From a virus (Duplodnaviria > Caudoviricetes): 32,683 nt of DNA. The stretch lies in the IMG/VR virus record IMGVR_UViG_3300006127_000058, positions 1 to 32,683 of that record; one strand, 5' to 3'. Made by a program: the position numbers and the translations under genes. Below the pieces are notes generated by a model. The model was not told where the DNA came from. It ran no database searches and was given only the letters and a program-made list of their open reading frames with translations. This document shows, piece after piece, positions 24,010 to 32,683 of the stretch. How positions within the stretch are numbered: the stretch's first letter is position 1; every line of letters begins with the position of its first letter.

Positions 24010-26252
24010 TTATTGTCCTTATTTAATAAATCTTTGATTGGAATAAATCTACTTTGAGCATTTTCAAAGGATTGTTTTTCTGTTGTTGCTTGAGCCTCTG
24101 CATTCTTTTTAATGGCTCTTTTTTCTAAATAATGACTTGTAACAAGTGCAGGAACTCCCATTCCATGACCACCAGTTACAAATTCAGCTCCTAATGGAAG
24201 TCCTTTGTTAATTGCCATTTCACCTATTTTTTGACCAAGTTTCTTTTCTATGTTTATGGTCTGAGCGGCAGAGCCTGGATAACCAGTGTCAGTTTTAAAT
24301 ATATGCTTTGCATTATGAAAGTCTCTTATATTCTCCATCTCTTCTGGAGAAAATAATCTAGTCATGACTTCTTTATTGCTATTTAAAAATTTGGTTAATT
24401 GTGCAGGATTTTTATCTGCCATTTGGTTTACAAAATGTGCTTTAATTTCACCTACTGCTTTTTGAGCTTGTGGTTGCAACTCATTAGGCATACTTTTTAA
24501 AGTATCAATTACATGGGTAAATTGATCCACAGGCATATTAGTAATGTTTTGAGGAATTTTCTCAACATCAACTTTTCTATTAATATCTTTTGGCCCATTA
24601 GCCTCAAGAATATTAGATATTCCTTTTGGATTATCCAAAGTATTTTTTCTAAGTTCTACCAATTGCCTAGCATCTTTGTAAAGTGGTGAGTTAGTATCCA
24701 TATTAGATAATACATCATCATCCACTGCACCTTTTAATGCCTTGTGTAATTGATTAGCTTTTGGATCATAATTTTGATTTAACCATTTTCTAAACAATTC
24801 TGAATGATAGGCATCAGTAGGCAATAAATTACCTTTTTCATCCATCATGCCTAATTGCTGAAGTTTAATTTTAGATGTCTTTGCTAATCTTTCAGCGGGA
24901 TCAGAAATTTCACTTAAAGTTCTGTCATTAAGTGTTTCATTTATTTTGTTTGCTATAACAGGAATTGATTTGCCTTGTTCATCCCTAGCTTTATAAATTT
25001 CTTCTGTTTTCTTGTCAAAATAATCTTCAAGACCTTTAAGAGGCTCTAAAATAGTATTTCCTCTTTTGTAAACAGCAGACTCATCAAGTCCTTCTGTTCC
25101 ACCAGTATCTTTAACTAATTTTGATTGATAAGCATTAATTCTATTTTGCTCATCAGCAAATCTTTCAGCCAAGTAATTGCCTAGAGCTGTATCAGTTTTT
25201 GATGTCTGGTAATTTGTGGCTCTTTCTTTTCCTTTACCTTCAATAGCAGATAAATCAGCCTGATGATCTTCACCCAATACTTTTTGAGCTGTCTTAGCTC
25301 TAGCATATTGCTCATCCAATGGCAAGCCAGATTCTCCATAATGAACTTCTTTAAACTCTGCCTCTGGAGTTGTAGGTTTGGCAGTTCCCAAATCTTGTAC
25401 AACTGGAGGAGCATTATCCTCTTGTACCACTTGCTGATTTGGTTCTGTCCCTGTAGGATTAGCTTTTTTCTGTTGAAAGTCTTGTTCTAATTTTTCAAGA
25501 TTTTGAGTAATTTCAGGAACTTTCTTTTGTTCTAATTGTTTTTGAAGTTCTATTTTTACTTTAGGAATTTTTTGACCTAAAGCACCAGATATTAATTTAG
25601 CTTCTTCTACAATAGGTTTTGTTATTGCTTTAGCAACAGGCTTTAATTCTGATCCAATTTCTGGAATAGCAAAACTTGCTATATTAAGCATGTTTCTTAC
25701 ATGCTCAACAGGAATTCCAGTTTTCTTTGATATAAAATCTGCACCTTTATTTCCATATTCACCAATAACTTGGCTGATTTGATTACTTAATTCTTGTTTA
25801 TAAGCAGGATCTTCTGTAACACCAAAAAACTTACCAACAGGTTTTTCTAAAAATCCACTTACAGCACCACCTATTTTTTCTGCTCTTTGTGGATTTGTTA
25901 AAGGGTTTACATAAGCCTGTGTTACTGCTCCTAAAGCAGTTGGAACTGGAGACCAAGCAACATCAGCAAGTGATGCAAAACCTTTTCCTAAATCACCTAA
26001 AAATCCTGTAACTCTGCCTTTTGGCTCTGGAGATGGAGGTTCAGAATAAACATCTAAAACAGCCTTATGTAAATCAAGTGGATGATAAATATCTGGGTTA
26101 TTAGTTGATTGAGTTACAACATCAGCCATTGGTTGACTAGGATTAAAACTAGACATACTGCTTTTCTTTGGAGCAATAATATCTGTTGGCTTTTTCTTGC
26201 CATAAACATCATCAACTGCACTATTTAATTCATCTAAACTTAAAATAGTCAT
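24006..26252 (-). CDS. Internal virion/DNA ejection protein (P22 gp16 position)
   Basis: Large helical protein, third of three ORFs after the tail hub. Assignment is by synteny only. Confidence 0.6.
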   Translation of the reverse strand: MTILSLDELNSAVDDVYGKKKPTDIIAPKKSSMSSFNPSQPMADVVTQSTNNPDIYHPLDLHKAVLDVYSEPPSPEPKGRVTGFLGDLGKGFASLADVAWSPVPTALGAVTQAYVNPLTNPQRAEKIGGAVSGFLEKPVGKFFGVTEDPAYKQELSNQISQVIGEYGNKGADFISKKTGIPVEHVRNMLNIASFAIPEIGSELKPVAKAITKPIVEEAKLISGALGQKIPKVKIELQKQLEQKKVPEITQNLEKLEQDFQQKKANPTGTEPNQQVVQEDNAPPVVQDLGTAKPTTPEAEFKEVHYGESGLPLDEQYARAKTAQKVLGEDHQADLSAIEGKGKERATNYQTSKTDTALGNYLAERFADEQNRINAYQSKLVKDTGGTEGLDESAVYKRGNTILEPLKGLEDYFDKKTEEIYKARDEQGKSIPVIANKINETLNDRTLSEISDPAERLAKTSKIKLQQLGMMDEKGNLLPTDAYHSELFRKWLNQNYDPKANQLHKALKGAVDDDVLSNMDTNSPLYKDARQLVELRKNTLDNPKGISNILEANGPKDINRKVDVEKIPQNITNMPVDQFTHVIDTLKSMPNELQPQAQKAVGEIKAHFVNQMADKNPAQLTKFLNSNKEVMTRLFSPEEMENIRDFHNAKHIFKTDTGYPGSAAQTINIEKKLGQKIGEMAINKGLPLGAEFVTGGHGMGVPALVTSHYLEKRAIKKNAEAQATTEKQSFENAQSRFIPIKDLLNKDNK

Positions 26253-27754
26253 TATTGATTACCAGTTACAAGTGAATAAATTTTGTTATATTTTTTGATT
26301 AAATCTGCATAGCCTTCAGAATTTGGCCCACCAACTTTATCTATAATTTTTCTTATTTCTACTTTGTCTTTGTTTTTTATAGCATCATAATATTTCAATG
26401 CATCAATTTCAGCAACTGATGCCCATTTTTCCATGTAATCTCTGCCTGCTAATGGATTGTTGCCTGCTTTTTTAATTGCATTACTCATTCCTAATCCATA
26501 CAAATCAGATGCAGTAACCAATGCTCTATTTGTTCTAGCTGTGGACTTAATTGCATCATTTGTCCAATTAGTAGTTCCAATTTGTTCTTGGGCAATTGAT
26601 CTTCCTTGGTCAGTGCCTAAACCAGCTTGTTGTGCAAGATTTCCAGTTTGTAAAGCCATGTAATGACCAAGTTGTTGAAGATTACTTGTTTCATCAGATG
26701 TCCAAGGAATTGCAGAATAACCACCACCCAATTTTGCAATTGTTTGTGCACCAACTCCAGTAATGGATTTATTAGCCAAATCAATAATTTGATTGTAGTT
26801 GTATGTACTTTGAGGAACTGTTAGTCTTTGTTCAATAGCTTTTTGTTGAATTGCTTTAGCAGTTTTTACTGTTTCCTCATTTTCAAAAGGAACTCTTGTA
26901 ACTGGCAAAGTTGGTTCTGCTGTTTGACCTGTTTTGGCTCCAGGCATAGCATTTGGAGGAACAGATGCAGGAACAGTAGTCTGTCCAATTACTCTGCCTT
27001 TGTCATCCATAACATTAAATATTGGATTACCTGAAATATCTTTAGTATTTGTATCAACCATCCTTTGTGAATAAGGCAATGGTGATGGTGTAGCAACAAG
27101 TGGCTTACCTCTTAAAGTTCCTGGAGCAACTCCAGTAATATCAGGATTACCTCCAGCAATTGGATTAAATTCACCACCAGTTCCAAGAAATTGAGTTGCA
27201 GGAAATTTGGCCGCATATTGCTCAGATGTTGTTCCAGAACTTTTAGCCGCTATGCTTCTTAGCTTTTCATAAGCATCATAATCTTTGTTAGCAATAGCCT
27301 CTTCTAATTGACCTAAAAGATTAGATGGATGTTTGGGCAATCCTACAGCCTCAGTTCCTTTTCTAATAATTTCTAAAGATTTTGTTAATGCTCTTTGATT
27401 TACTTCACCAGACTTTTCATCTGTAAATTCATCTATTTTTGGCAAAGAATTAATCATTTGTCTTGAATAATTTTCACCAGAAACTAAAAAATCTTGTTTA
27501 GCTTTTTGTGCTCCAGTAACAGCAGATTCTGCCCTAGCTTGAGCCTCTTTTAAAGCTATTGGATTCATCATCCTAGCTTGCTCAATATCCATTTGCTGTT
27601 TTTGCAAAGCCTTTTGAGCTTGCTCAATTTGCAAAGGATTTAATTGTTGAGCCTGTTGATAAGCCTGTGCTCCTTTAGCAATATTAAGCATATCCCCCAG
27701 AGATGTCTGAGGCTGTGGTTGAATTGCAATAGGTGAAAAATTAAAGCCTGCCAT
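26252..27754 (-). CDS. Internal virion/DNA ejection protein (P22 gp20 position)
   Basis: Q/A-rich N-terminus; synteny. Confidence 0.6.
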   Translation of the reverse strand: MAGFNFSPIAIQPQPQTSLGDMLNIAKGAQAYQQAQQLNPLQIEQAQKALQKQQMDIEQARMMNPIALKEAQARAESAVTGAQKAKQDFLVSGENYSRQMINSLPKIDEFTDEKSGEVNQRALTKSLEIIRKGTEAVGLPKHPSNLLGQLEEAIANKDYDAYEKLRSIAAKSSGTTSEQYAAKFPATQFLGTGGEFNPIAGGNPDITGVAPGTLRGKPLVATPSPLPYSQRMVDTNTKDISGNPIFNVMDDKGRVIGQTTVPASVPPNAMPGAKTGQTAEPTLPVTRVPFENEETVKTAKAIQQKAIEQRLTVPQSTYNYNQIIDLANKSITGVGAQTIAKLGGGYSAIPWTSDETSNLQQLGHYMALQTGNLAQQAGLGTDQGRSIAQEQIGTTNWTNDAIKSTARTNRALVTASDLYGLGMSNAIKKAGNNPLAGRDYMEKWASVAEIDALKYYDAIKNKDKVEIRKIIDKVGGPNSEGYADLIKKYNKIYSLVTGNQ

Positions 27755-27762
27755 GTTAGTCC

Positions 27763-28575
27763 TTATGCTTGTGCACCTGGCACACCACCAGATTGAGTAT
27801 TAGGGCCAATTGTTGCATTTGGATCATAGCCTTGTGGAGCTTGTACATTAGGCTTTTGATTTAGCAATGCCCATAAAGTAGCACCACTTCCCAAAGTATT
27901 TGTAAGTCCACCATAAGCATTGGCAGATGCAATTTGGCCTTGACCCAAAGCACTAGCTCCACCAACTCCAAGACTGCTAATGTTGTTTGTGGCATTTTGG
28001 CCCGCAGTGTTCACAGCACTTTGGGCTGTTTGACCAATGCCTGCCTGTCCAGCCAATATCCCATAAATATTATTTCTTTGATTCTGGTAATTAGTAAAAG
28101 CATTTTGGTATTGAGTCCCAGCCAACCCTTGTGTGTAATTTTGTAACCCAGTAAGTGCATTTCCACCTATCAAACCTCCACCCACATTATTGGCATTTTG
28201 TGTAGCCCTTTGGCCTTGGTCAAGCACAAAACCATAGTTAGGAGCCATTTGAGCATTTAAATCACCAGATCCAAATTGATGAGTTAAATAACCAGACCCT
28301 GTGGAGGTTCCTGTTGGGTTTCCATTAGCATCATAAGTCTGATAAGCACCAGATCCAAGTGAACCAAGTTGATTAATAGAGTTATAACCAAGTTGTCTTT
28401 GAGGAGCTTGTTGTTGTTGAATGGTGTTGAATTCAGCCTTTTGCTCTGCAATGGCTTGCAGTGCGGCTTGGTATTGCAACTGCGCGGCTTGTTGTGCGGC
28501 ATTAGCCTGTTTGTTAGCACCCCATACACTTAAACCACCAGATGCAAGTAATGCGGTTCCTACTCCAATTGGCAT
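27763..28575 (-). CDS. DNA ejection/pilot protein (P22 gp7-like)
   Basis: Hydrophobic G/A N-terminus; PNYGF...QG...GGLIGGNAL..L..Y.QGLA...YQNAF motif. Confidence 0.75.
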   Translation of the reverse strand: MPIGVGTALLASGGLSVWGANKQANAAQQAAQLQYQAALQAIAEQKAEFNTIQQQQAPQRQLGYNSINQLGSLGSGAYQTYDANGNPTGTSTGSGYLTHQFGSGDLNAQMAPNYGFVLDQGQRATQNANNVGGGLIGGNALTGLQNYTQGLAGTQYQNAFTNYQNQRNNIYGILAGQAGIGQTAQSAVNTAGQNATNNISSLGVGGASALGQGQIASANAYGGLTNTLGSGATLWALLNQKPNVQAPQGYDPNATIGPNTQSGGVPGAQA

Positions 28576-28577
28576 AA

Positions 28578-28928
28578 TTAACCCCTTTTAATCAAAACTT
28601 CATCCACCTTAGACTCATCTTTTTCATCAGTGGCATGAATACAAAACCAAACAGAATCCTCCAATGCTTGGATTGAATGGTGTATACCAGATTTTATTTC
28701 AATACAGCTAGGAGCACTATAAGTATTTTCAGAATTATCAGTTCTCACAATAACCTTGCCTTTAGCCAAAATACTCAAGTGACTAAAGCTATGGATGTGC
28801 TGAACCACAAAGAAATCCTTTGGGATGGTCATTTCTTTGGCATACAAACCATCAGAAAAGTTATGGACTGTTTTAGGATCAAAGTCCATCCTACCCTCTA
28901 AGGTCTTAAAAATATCTGAATGATTCAT
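28578..28928 (-). CDS. Cupin-fold protein
   Basis: HNFSDGLYAKE, HIHSFSH and GIHH...ALED metal-binding cupin pattern. Confidence 0.75.
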   Translation of the reverse strand: MNHSDIFKTLEGRMDFDPKTVHNFSDGLYAKEMTIPKDFFVVQHIHSFSHLSILAKGKVIVRTDNSENTYSAPSCIEIKSGIHHSIQALEDSVWFCIHATDEKDESKVDEVLIKRG

Positions 28929-29143
28929 TGGTTATAGTAAGGAACTTTGAAGTTTTGCCCATTTACTGTTACATTCATAAACCCTACTGGAGCACTAGGC
29001 AAAATAGCTCCTCCCTTTGTGGCTGTAGGTGATGATGTGAAATTCAACAAATTCTGAAAATACTGTAGCCAAGCTCTACTTGGCCTTTGAGTTGATTGAT
29101 CCAATAACTCTGTCTGTGGATAAGCCTTGATTTGTGTGGTCAT
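28925..29143 (-). CDS. Small tail-associated protein
   Basis: 72 aa coupled to the gp10-like gene; PSRAWLQYF...KVPYY. Confidence 0.6.
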   Translation of the reverse strand: MTTQIKAYPQTELLDQSTQRPSRAWLQYFQNLLNFTSSPTATKGGAILPSAPVGFMNVTVNGQNFKVPYYNQ

Positions 29144-31374
29144 GATTCTCCCTGACTTGCTTTCAGATTAGAGGAAACAATTACAGCAAATACAGGGTCA
29201 GTCATGGAAACCTCAAAAACTCTATCCCTAGCAGTTCCAAGCCTTCTCCAAATAGCCCTGTTTCTATATCTTCCCTCTTGACCAATAGTTACCCAATATT
29301 CTCTAGACCATGTAGATCCACCATCACTAGACCATCTGAGCATAGCTTGTGGATAACTTTGGACTTGGCTAGACAATAATTGATTTGGAACACCAATGAT
29401 GATAATGTCATTTACACCAATAGTAAAGGTCTGAGTTGGAGCAATTATTAGGTTTTGACCCACTACATTGCCTGTGACCACAGTTGGCCCTACAGTCCCC
29501 ACACCAGGCTGAAACTGGATCTGCAACTCATCAAAAAATTGCCTTTGCAAGTCACTGACCAAATGAGGTGCTCTTCTGACCCTCCTAATAAATTGACCAG
29601 AATCTGTGTAATTGGATGGGTCAAGCATGTAAATCTGACCATTTTGCCAATCCCCAACCAAAACCATATTCTGAAACACAGCAGAGCAATTAGCCCTATG
29701 TCTGTGGAATTTATTATTGTTATCACACCAAAGCCATTTATGCCACATTCCTGTGGTTATATCAAATGCCCAAGTTAAATCCAAAGTTGGGAAAGAAATG
29801 ACATAAACTTCATGTCCCTCTAACTGATAAGTAAAGGCAATTGCATCCTCAACATACTCATTGACTAGGGTATTTTCAACAGCATGAGTGGATATTCTTT
29901 GTGGAATATAACCATTCATCTGAACAATTTGAGATTGGCCTCTGATATTTCTGCTTAAATAAGCAAAAGAATTGCCTAATCTAGCCACAGAAAATGGAGC
30001 CACAATGCCATGCTGAGTGCTTGTGCCAGGGATTCTCTGAAATGGAAATGGATAAGTTCCAGTATCTACCCAAACCTCAGAAGATACTTCCCCTAATAAA
30101 TAAACTTCCCTATGGTCAACAATTAAAGACACTAAATTATCAGGAGAGCCATCTTTTGAGGCAAAACTCAGTGAATAAGAAATAGGTGAAAGTGGATTAC
30201 TTGCACCCCATTGTTGGGTATTTGGCCTGTTATAGACAAAATAATTGTCCACAGTATCCACCACATCTGCACTACTAAATGCACCATCACTAGAGGGCAA
30301 AATAGTAAAGTTCAGAGCATAAAGGGTTTCTGAGCTAACAGTTTGAGAGCCTGAAACTATATAAGATCCAGTTCCACCAGAGCCTGTGCCAAAGGTTAAG
30401 TTTAAGGTCAACCCAGTACCAGCACCTGAATCCGTCACAGAAACAGGGTTTGTAGGTGTGGCTGTGTAGGCTCCAGGGCTAGTCAGTGAAAGTCCTGTAA
30501 CCACTCCTCCAGTGCTGATTGAGGTCACTGTGAATGTGGCTGGGCTTTGCCCATAAACACCACCCACAATAGTCACAATATCATTGACAGCATAGCCAGT
30601 GCCTGCAGTCACTATAGAGCCACTCAATACAGTCTGTGAGCCTAGAGCTGTGATTACAGTCTTGGTTGCTACACTGGTTCCTTGGATGGTCTGGCCTGGG
30701 TACAGTGTCCCTGTAATGGCTGTCACAGTCAGAGTTGTGCCTGAAATGGATCCTGTCAGTGTTGCCGCTACATTGGCAGAGTTCATCCTCTCTGCTGTTG
30801 ATACAGTCTGAGACAAATTAATTGTGTATGTCCCAATGCCTCCAGATCCAGATCCAAGGGCTGTAATCACTGTTTCATTAGCTACACCAATGCCAAATAA
30901 TGCTTGTCCAACAGCTATGGTTCCATTGGTCACAGCAGTCACATTTAATGTGGTTCCTGAAATTGTGGCAGTAAAAACAGCAGATGAGGGACTAGAAATC
31001 CTCCATGTATATCTATTTTGACCATCCACAATATAGACATTGGTTCCATTATCAGTAATTCCTACCTGACCACTTGAGGTAGTTAATTGACCAATAATTG
31101 TAGGAACTAAGCTAGATGTCAGTGAATAAACATATTGACCACAGACAGCTACTAATTGATTGGATCCTGAGACAGCTCTTAATCCCCTAACTGGAGCCTG
31201 ATTCTGAAATGAAACCACAGTGGTGAGGCCAGGAGTTGGGTACAGAGCAACCACACCCCTAGTGCCAGGCTGTTTAAGTGGGTCAATCTCAGGCCTCCAG
31301 TTAATGCACTCTTGGTCATCTTGGTAGATAGAGGGAGCACCATAACTAGGGCCAACAAAGCCAAATTCAGGCAT
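29140..31374 (-). CDS. Tail hub / DNA stabilisation protein, P22 gp10-like, with inserted beta domains
   Basis: [36 protein letters not shown] and [11 protein letters not shown]...[13 protein letters not shown]. Confidence 0.88.
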   Translation of the reverse strand: MPEFGFVGPSYGAPSIYQDDQECINWRPEIDPLKQPGTRGVVALYPTPGLTTVVSFQNQAPVRGLRAVSGSNQLVAVCGQYVYSLTSSLVPTIIGQLTTSSGQVGITDNGTNVYIVDGQNRYTWRISSPSSAVFTATISGTTLNVTAVTNGTIAVGQALFGIGVANETVITALGSGSGGIGTYTINLSQTVSTAERMNSANVAATLTGSISGTTLTVTAITGTLYPGQTIQGTSVATKTVITALGSQTVLSGSIVTAGTGYAVNDIVTIVGGVYGQSPATFTVTSISTGGVVTGLSLTSPGAYTATPTNPVSVTDSGAGTGLTLNLTFGTGSGGTGSYIVSGSQTVSSETLYALNFTILPSSDGAFSSADVVDTVDNYFVYNRPNTQQWGASNPLSPISYSLSFASKDGSPDNLVSLIVDHREVYLLGEVSSEVWVDTGTYPFPFQRIPGTSTQHGIVAPFSVARLGNSFAYLSRNIRGQSQIVQMNGYIPQRISTHAVENTLVNEYVEDAIAFTYQLEGHEVYVISFPTLDLTWAFDITTGMWHKWLWCDNNNKFHRHRANCSAVFQNMVLVGDWQNGQIYMLDPSNYTDSGQFIRRVRRAPHLVSDLQRQFFDELQIQFQPGVGTVGPTVVTGNVVGQNLIIAPTQTFTIGVNDIIIIGVPNQLLSSQVQSYPQAMLRWSSDGGSTWSREYWVTIGQEGRYRNRAIWRRLGTARDRVFEVSMTDPVFAVIVSSNLKASQGES

Positions 31375-31383
31375 TTATGCTCC

Positions 31384-32361
31384 TCATCTAAAAAACCCGC
31401 CAGATAAGATCCAACCCGCATCTTTTTGTCTGCCAACCAACAAAGAATCAGCATATGTAGAAACCATTGGAGGTTTCATGTTTGTTCTTTTTACTGTGGC
31501 TTTGGCCTGAGCCGCGTATTTCATAATCATCCCAATCTGGGTTTGACTTGCCTTTCCATACATAGGCATTAATCTTTCAGCCAAACACCATCTCATTGCC
31601 ATTGTGTAACCCTGTGGCAAAGCAATATTGTCATTAATTGAGGTAAATTGTTGGAACAATTGATCCACAAATATATGCATTTCACCTTGGCTAGGATTAG
31701 GCCAAACATATAGATTTCCCAATGTTTCTGTAGGCTCATAATACAGAGCTTTAGGCCAAGGGCCATTTAAAGTTTTCAAGCCAATCATCTCATATTGTTC
31801 AATATTTAGAACAGAAACAGGATAATCTAATCCACCATTTGTGATGGGCTGACCATTGGAATATGTGTTAATTCTGACAAAACAAGAATTTATAGCCAAA
31901 GGTCTGTAGTAATAAGCATTGATGGTTTCACTAGAAATGGGTGCTGAATAGCTAACATTTAAGAGGTAAGTGCCTGCCTCATTTATATTCCCACCAGCTC
32001 CTGTGAGCATTTGCTGTATCTTTGTGCCATTAGTAATGCCTGACCCAGAGAGTGTCATTCCTATGGAAATTCCACCAGATTGAATTGAGGTAATGGTGAG
32101 GATATTTCCAGAAATAGAACCAGTAAATATGGCTCCAATTTGACCCCCAGGCCCTATGGTGTATTGGGTTTGTCCAGAAATTAAAGGAAAAATAATCTCA
32201 TTCTTATAAAACACCATCATGCTTTCATTAGACCATTGGTCTAGCATGTCTTGGAGCATGTCAAAAGCATCTTGGGCAGATTCTGGAGTTGGTGTCTCCC
32301 CAGCCTCCAAAGCTCCAATATCCTTTAATGCCCTAGAAATGATGTCTATAGCTTGACTCAT
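31384..32361 (-). CDS. Head-to-tail adaptor, P22 gp4-like, with inserted beta domain
   Basis: DIISRALKDIG...GETPT...D....L.DMLDQW and LAERLMPMYG; upstream of the gp10-like gene. Confidence 0.8.
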   Translation of the reverse strand: MSQAIDIISRALKDIGALEAGETPTPESAQDAFDMLQDMLDQWSNESMMVFYKNEIIFPLISGQTQYTIGPGGQIGAIFTGSISGNILTITSIQSGGISIGMTLSGSGITNGTKIQQMLTGAGGNINEAGTYLLNVSYSAPISSETINAYYYRPLAINSCFVRINTYSNGQPITNGGLDYPVSVLNIEQYEMIGLKTLNGPWPKALYYEPTETLGNLYVWPNPSQGEMHIFVDQLFQQFTSINDNIALPQGYTMAMRWCLAERLMPMYGKASQTQIGMIMKYAAQAKATVKRTNMKPPMVSTYADSLLVGRQKDAGWILSGGFFR

Positions 32362-32363
32362 AT

Positions 32364-32681
32364 TTATCCTAAATTAGGTGTGAAAACTTGTGGTTTCCAA
32401 GGAGGAACAACTACTTTTGATTTTTCAAGCAAGGCAATCTGTTCCTCTAATCTTGATTTTATGAGGTTTTTTCCATCCCTCATAGATTCATTTTCTATCC
32501 ATTCTGAGACTAATTCTTCTGTAACTTGACTAAAAGGAATGTTAGCAACAGGATTGGCAAAATACCAGTTGCCCTCAGTATCAACCGTGTTTGTACCGTC
32601 AGTCAGGCTTAAATGGTACTTTGCATGGGTGATTAATTCACCCTCTGCGCTTAGTTCCAGTATTTGCCATTTGTAATTCAT
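32364..32681 (-). CDS. Tail-associated hypothetical protein
   Basis: Y.W.I...FSQVTEELV..WI...PPW pattern seen next to fibre genes; start lies at the window edge. Confidence 0.55.
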   Translation of the reverse strand: MNYKWQILELSAEGELITHAKYHLSLTDGTNTVDTEGNWYFANPVANIPFSQVTEELVSEWIENESMRDGKNLIKSRLEEQIALLEKSKVVVPPWKPQVFTPNLG

Positions 32682-32683
32682 TT

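Noticed and set aside
1-32683. Alternative genetic code or tRNA genes explaining the CGN scarcity
   Set aside because: Genes translate full length in the standard code, CGN codons read as conserved Arg in coat, CG loss also affects non-Arg positions, and I saw no tRNA.

Overview
Most of the genome of a small (~33 kb+) AT-rich P22-like podophage with a lambdoid early region. The host is Gram-negative (Rz/Rz1 spanins are present); Betaproteobacteria is only an inference. The window is circularly permuted and both ends fall in the tail-fibre/receptor-binding region. Minus strand: early-left genes (ERF, YqaJ exonuclease, SSB-like protein, accessory ORFs), then GroES, small basic proteins, terS, terL, portal, scaffold, coat and tail fibres (16406->1); and gp4-, gp10-like, cupin, three ejection proteins, collar fibre and lysis cassette (32681->21100). 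Plus strand (16557-21103): Cro-like HTH, DUF1376 replication initiator with iterons, ABC-ATPase/GNAT fusion, second GNAT, VRR-NUC-like nuclease, NinB and a Zn-HNH-like gene. I see no integrase, CI, tRNA, CRISPR array or reverse transcriptase. Main observations: (1) near-total CpG depletion with sharply bounded CpG-rich islands, plus even stronger avoidance of GCWGC; (2) a tandem acetyltransferase module whose ATPase-GNAT gene has an overprinted +1 frame ending in the sliding-clamp motif QLSLF, coinciding with a CpG island; (3) an A9 slippery run in a lysis-region gene whose -1 frame adds a transmembrane domain; (4) a three-way-junction RNA with an anti-Shine-Dalgarno loop upstream of the replication initiator. 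All counts were made by eye and no database searches were run.
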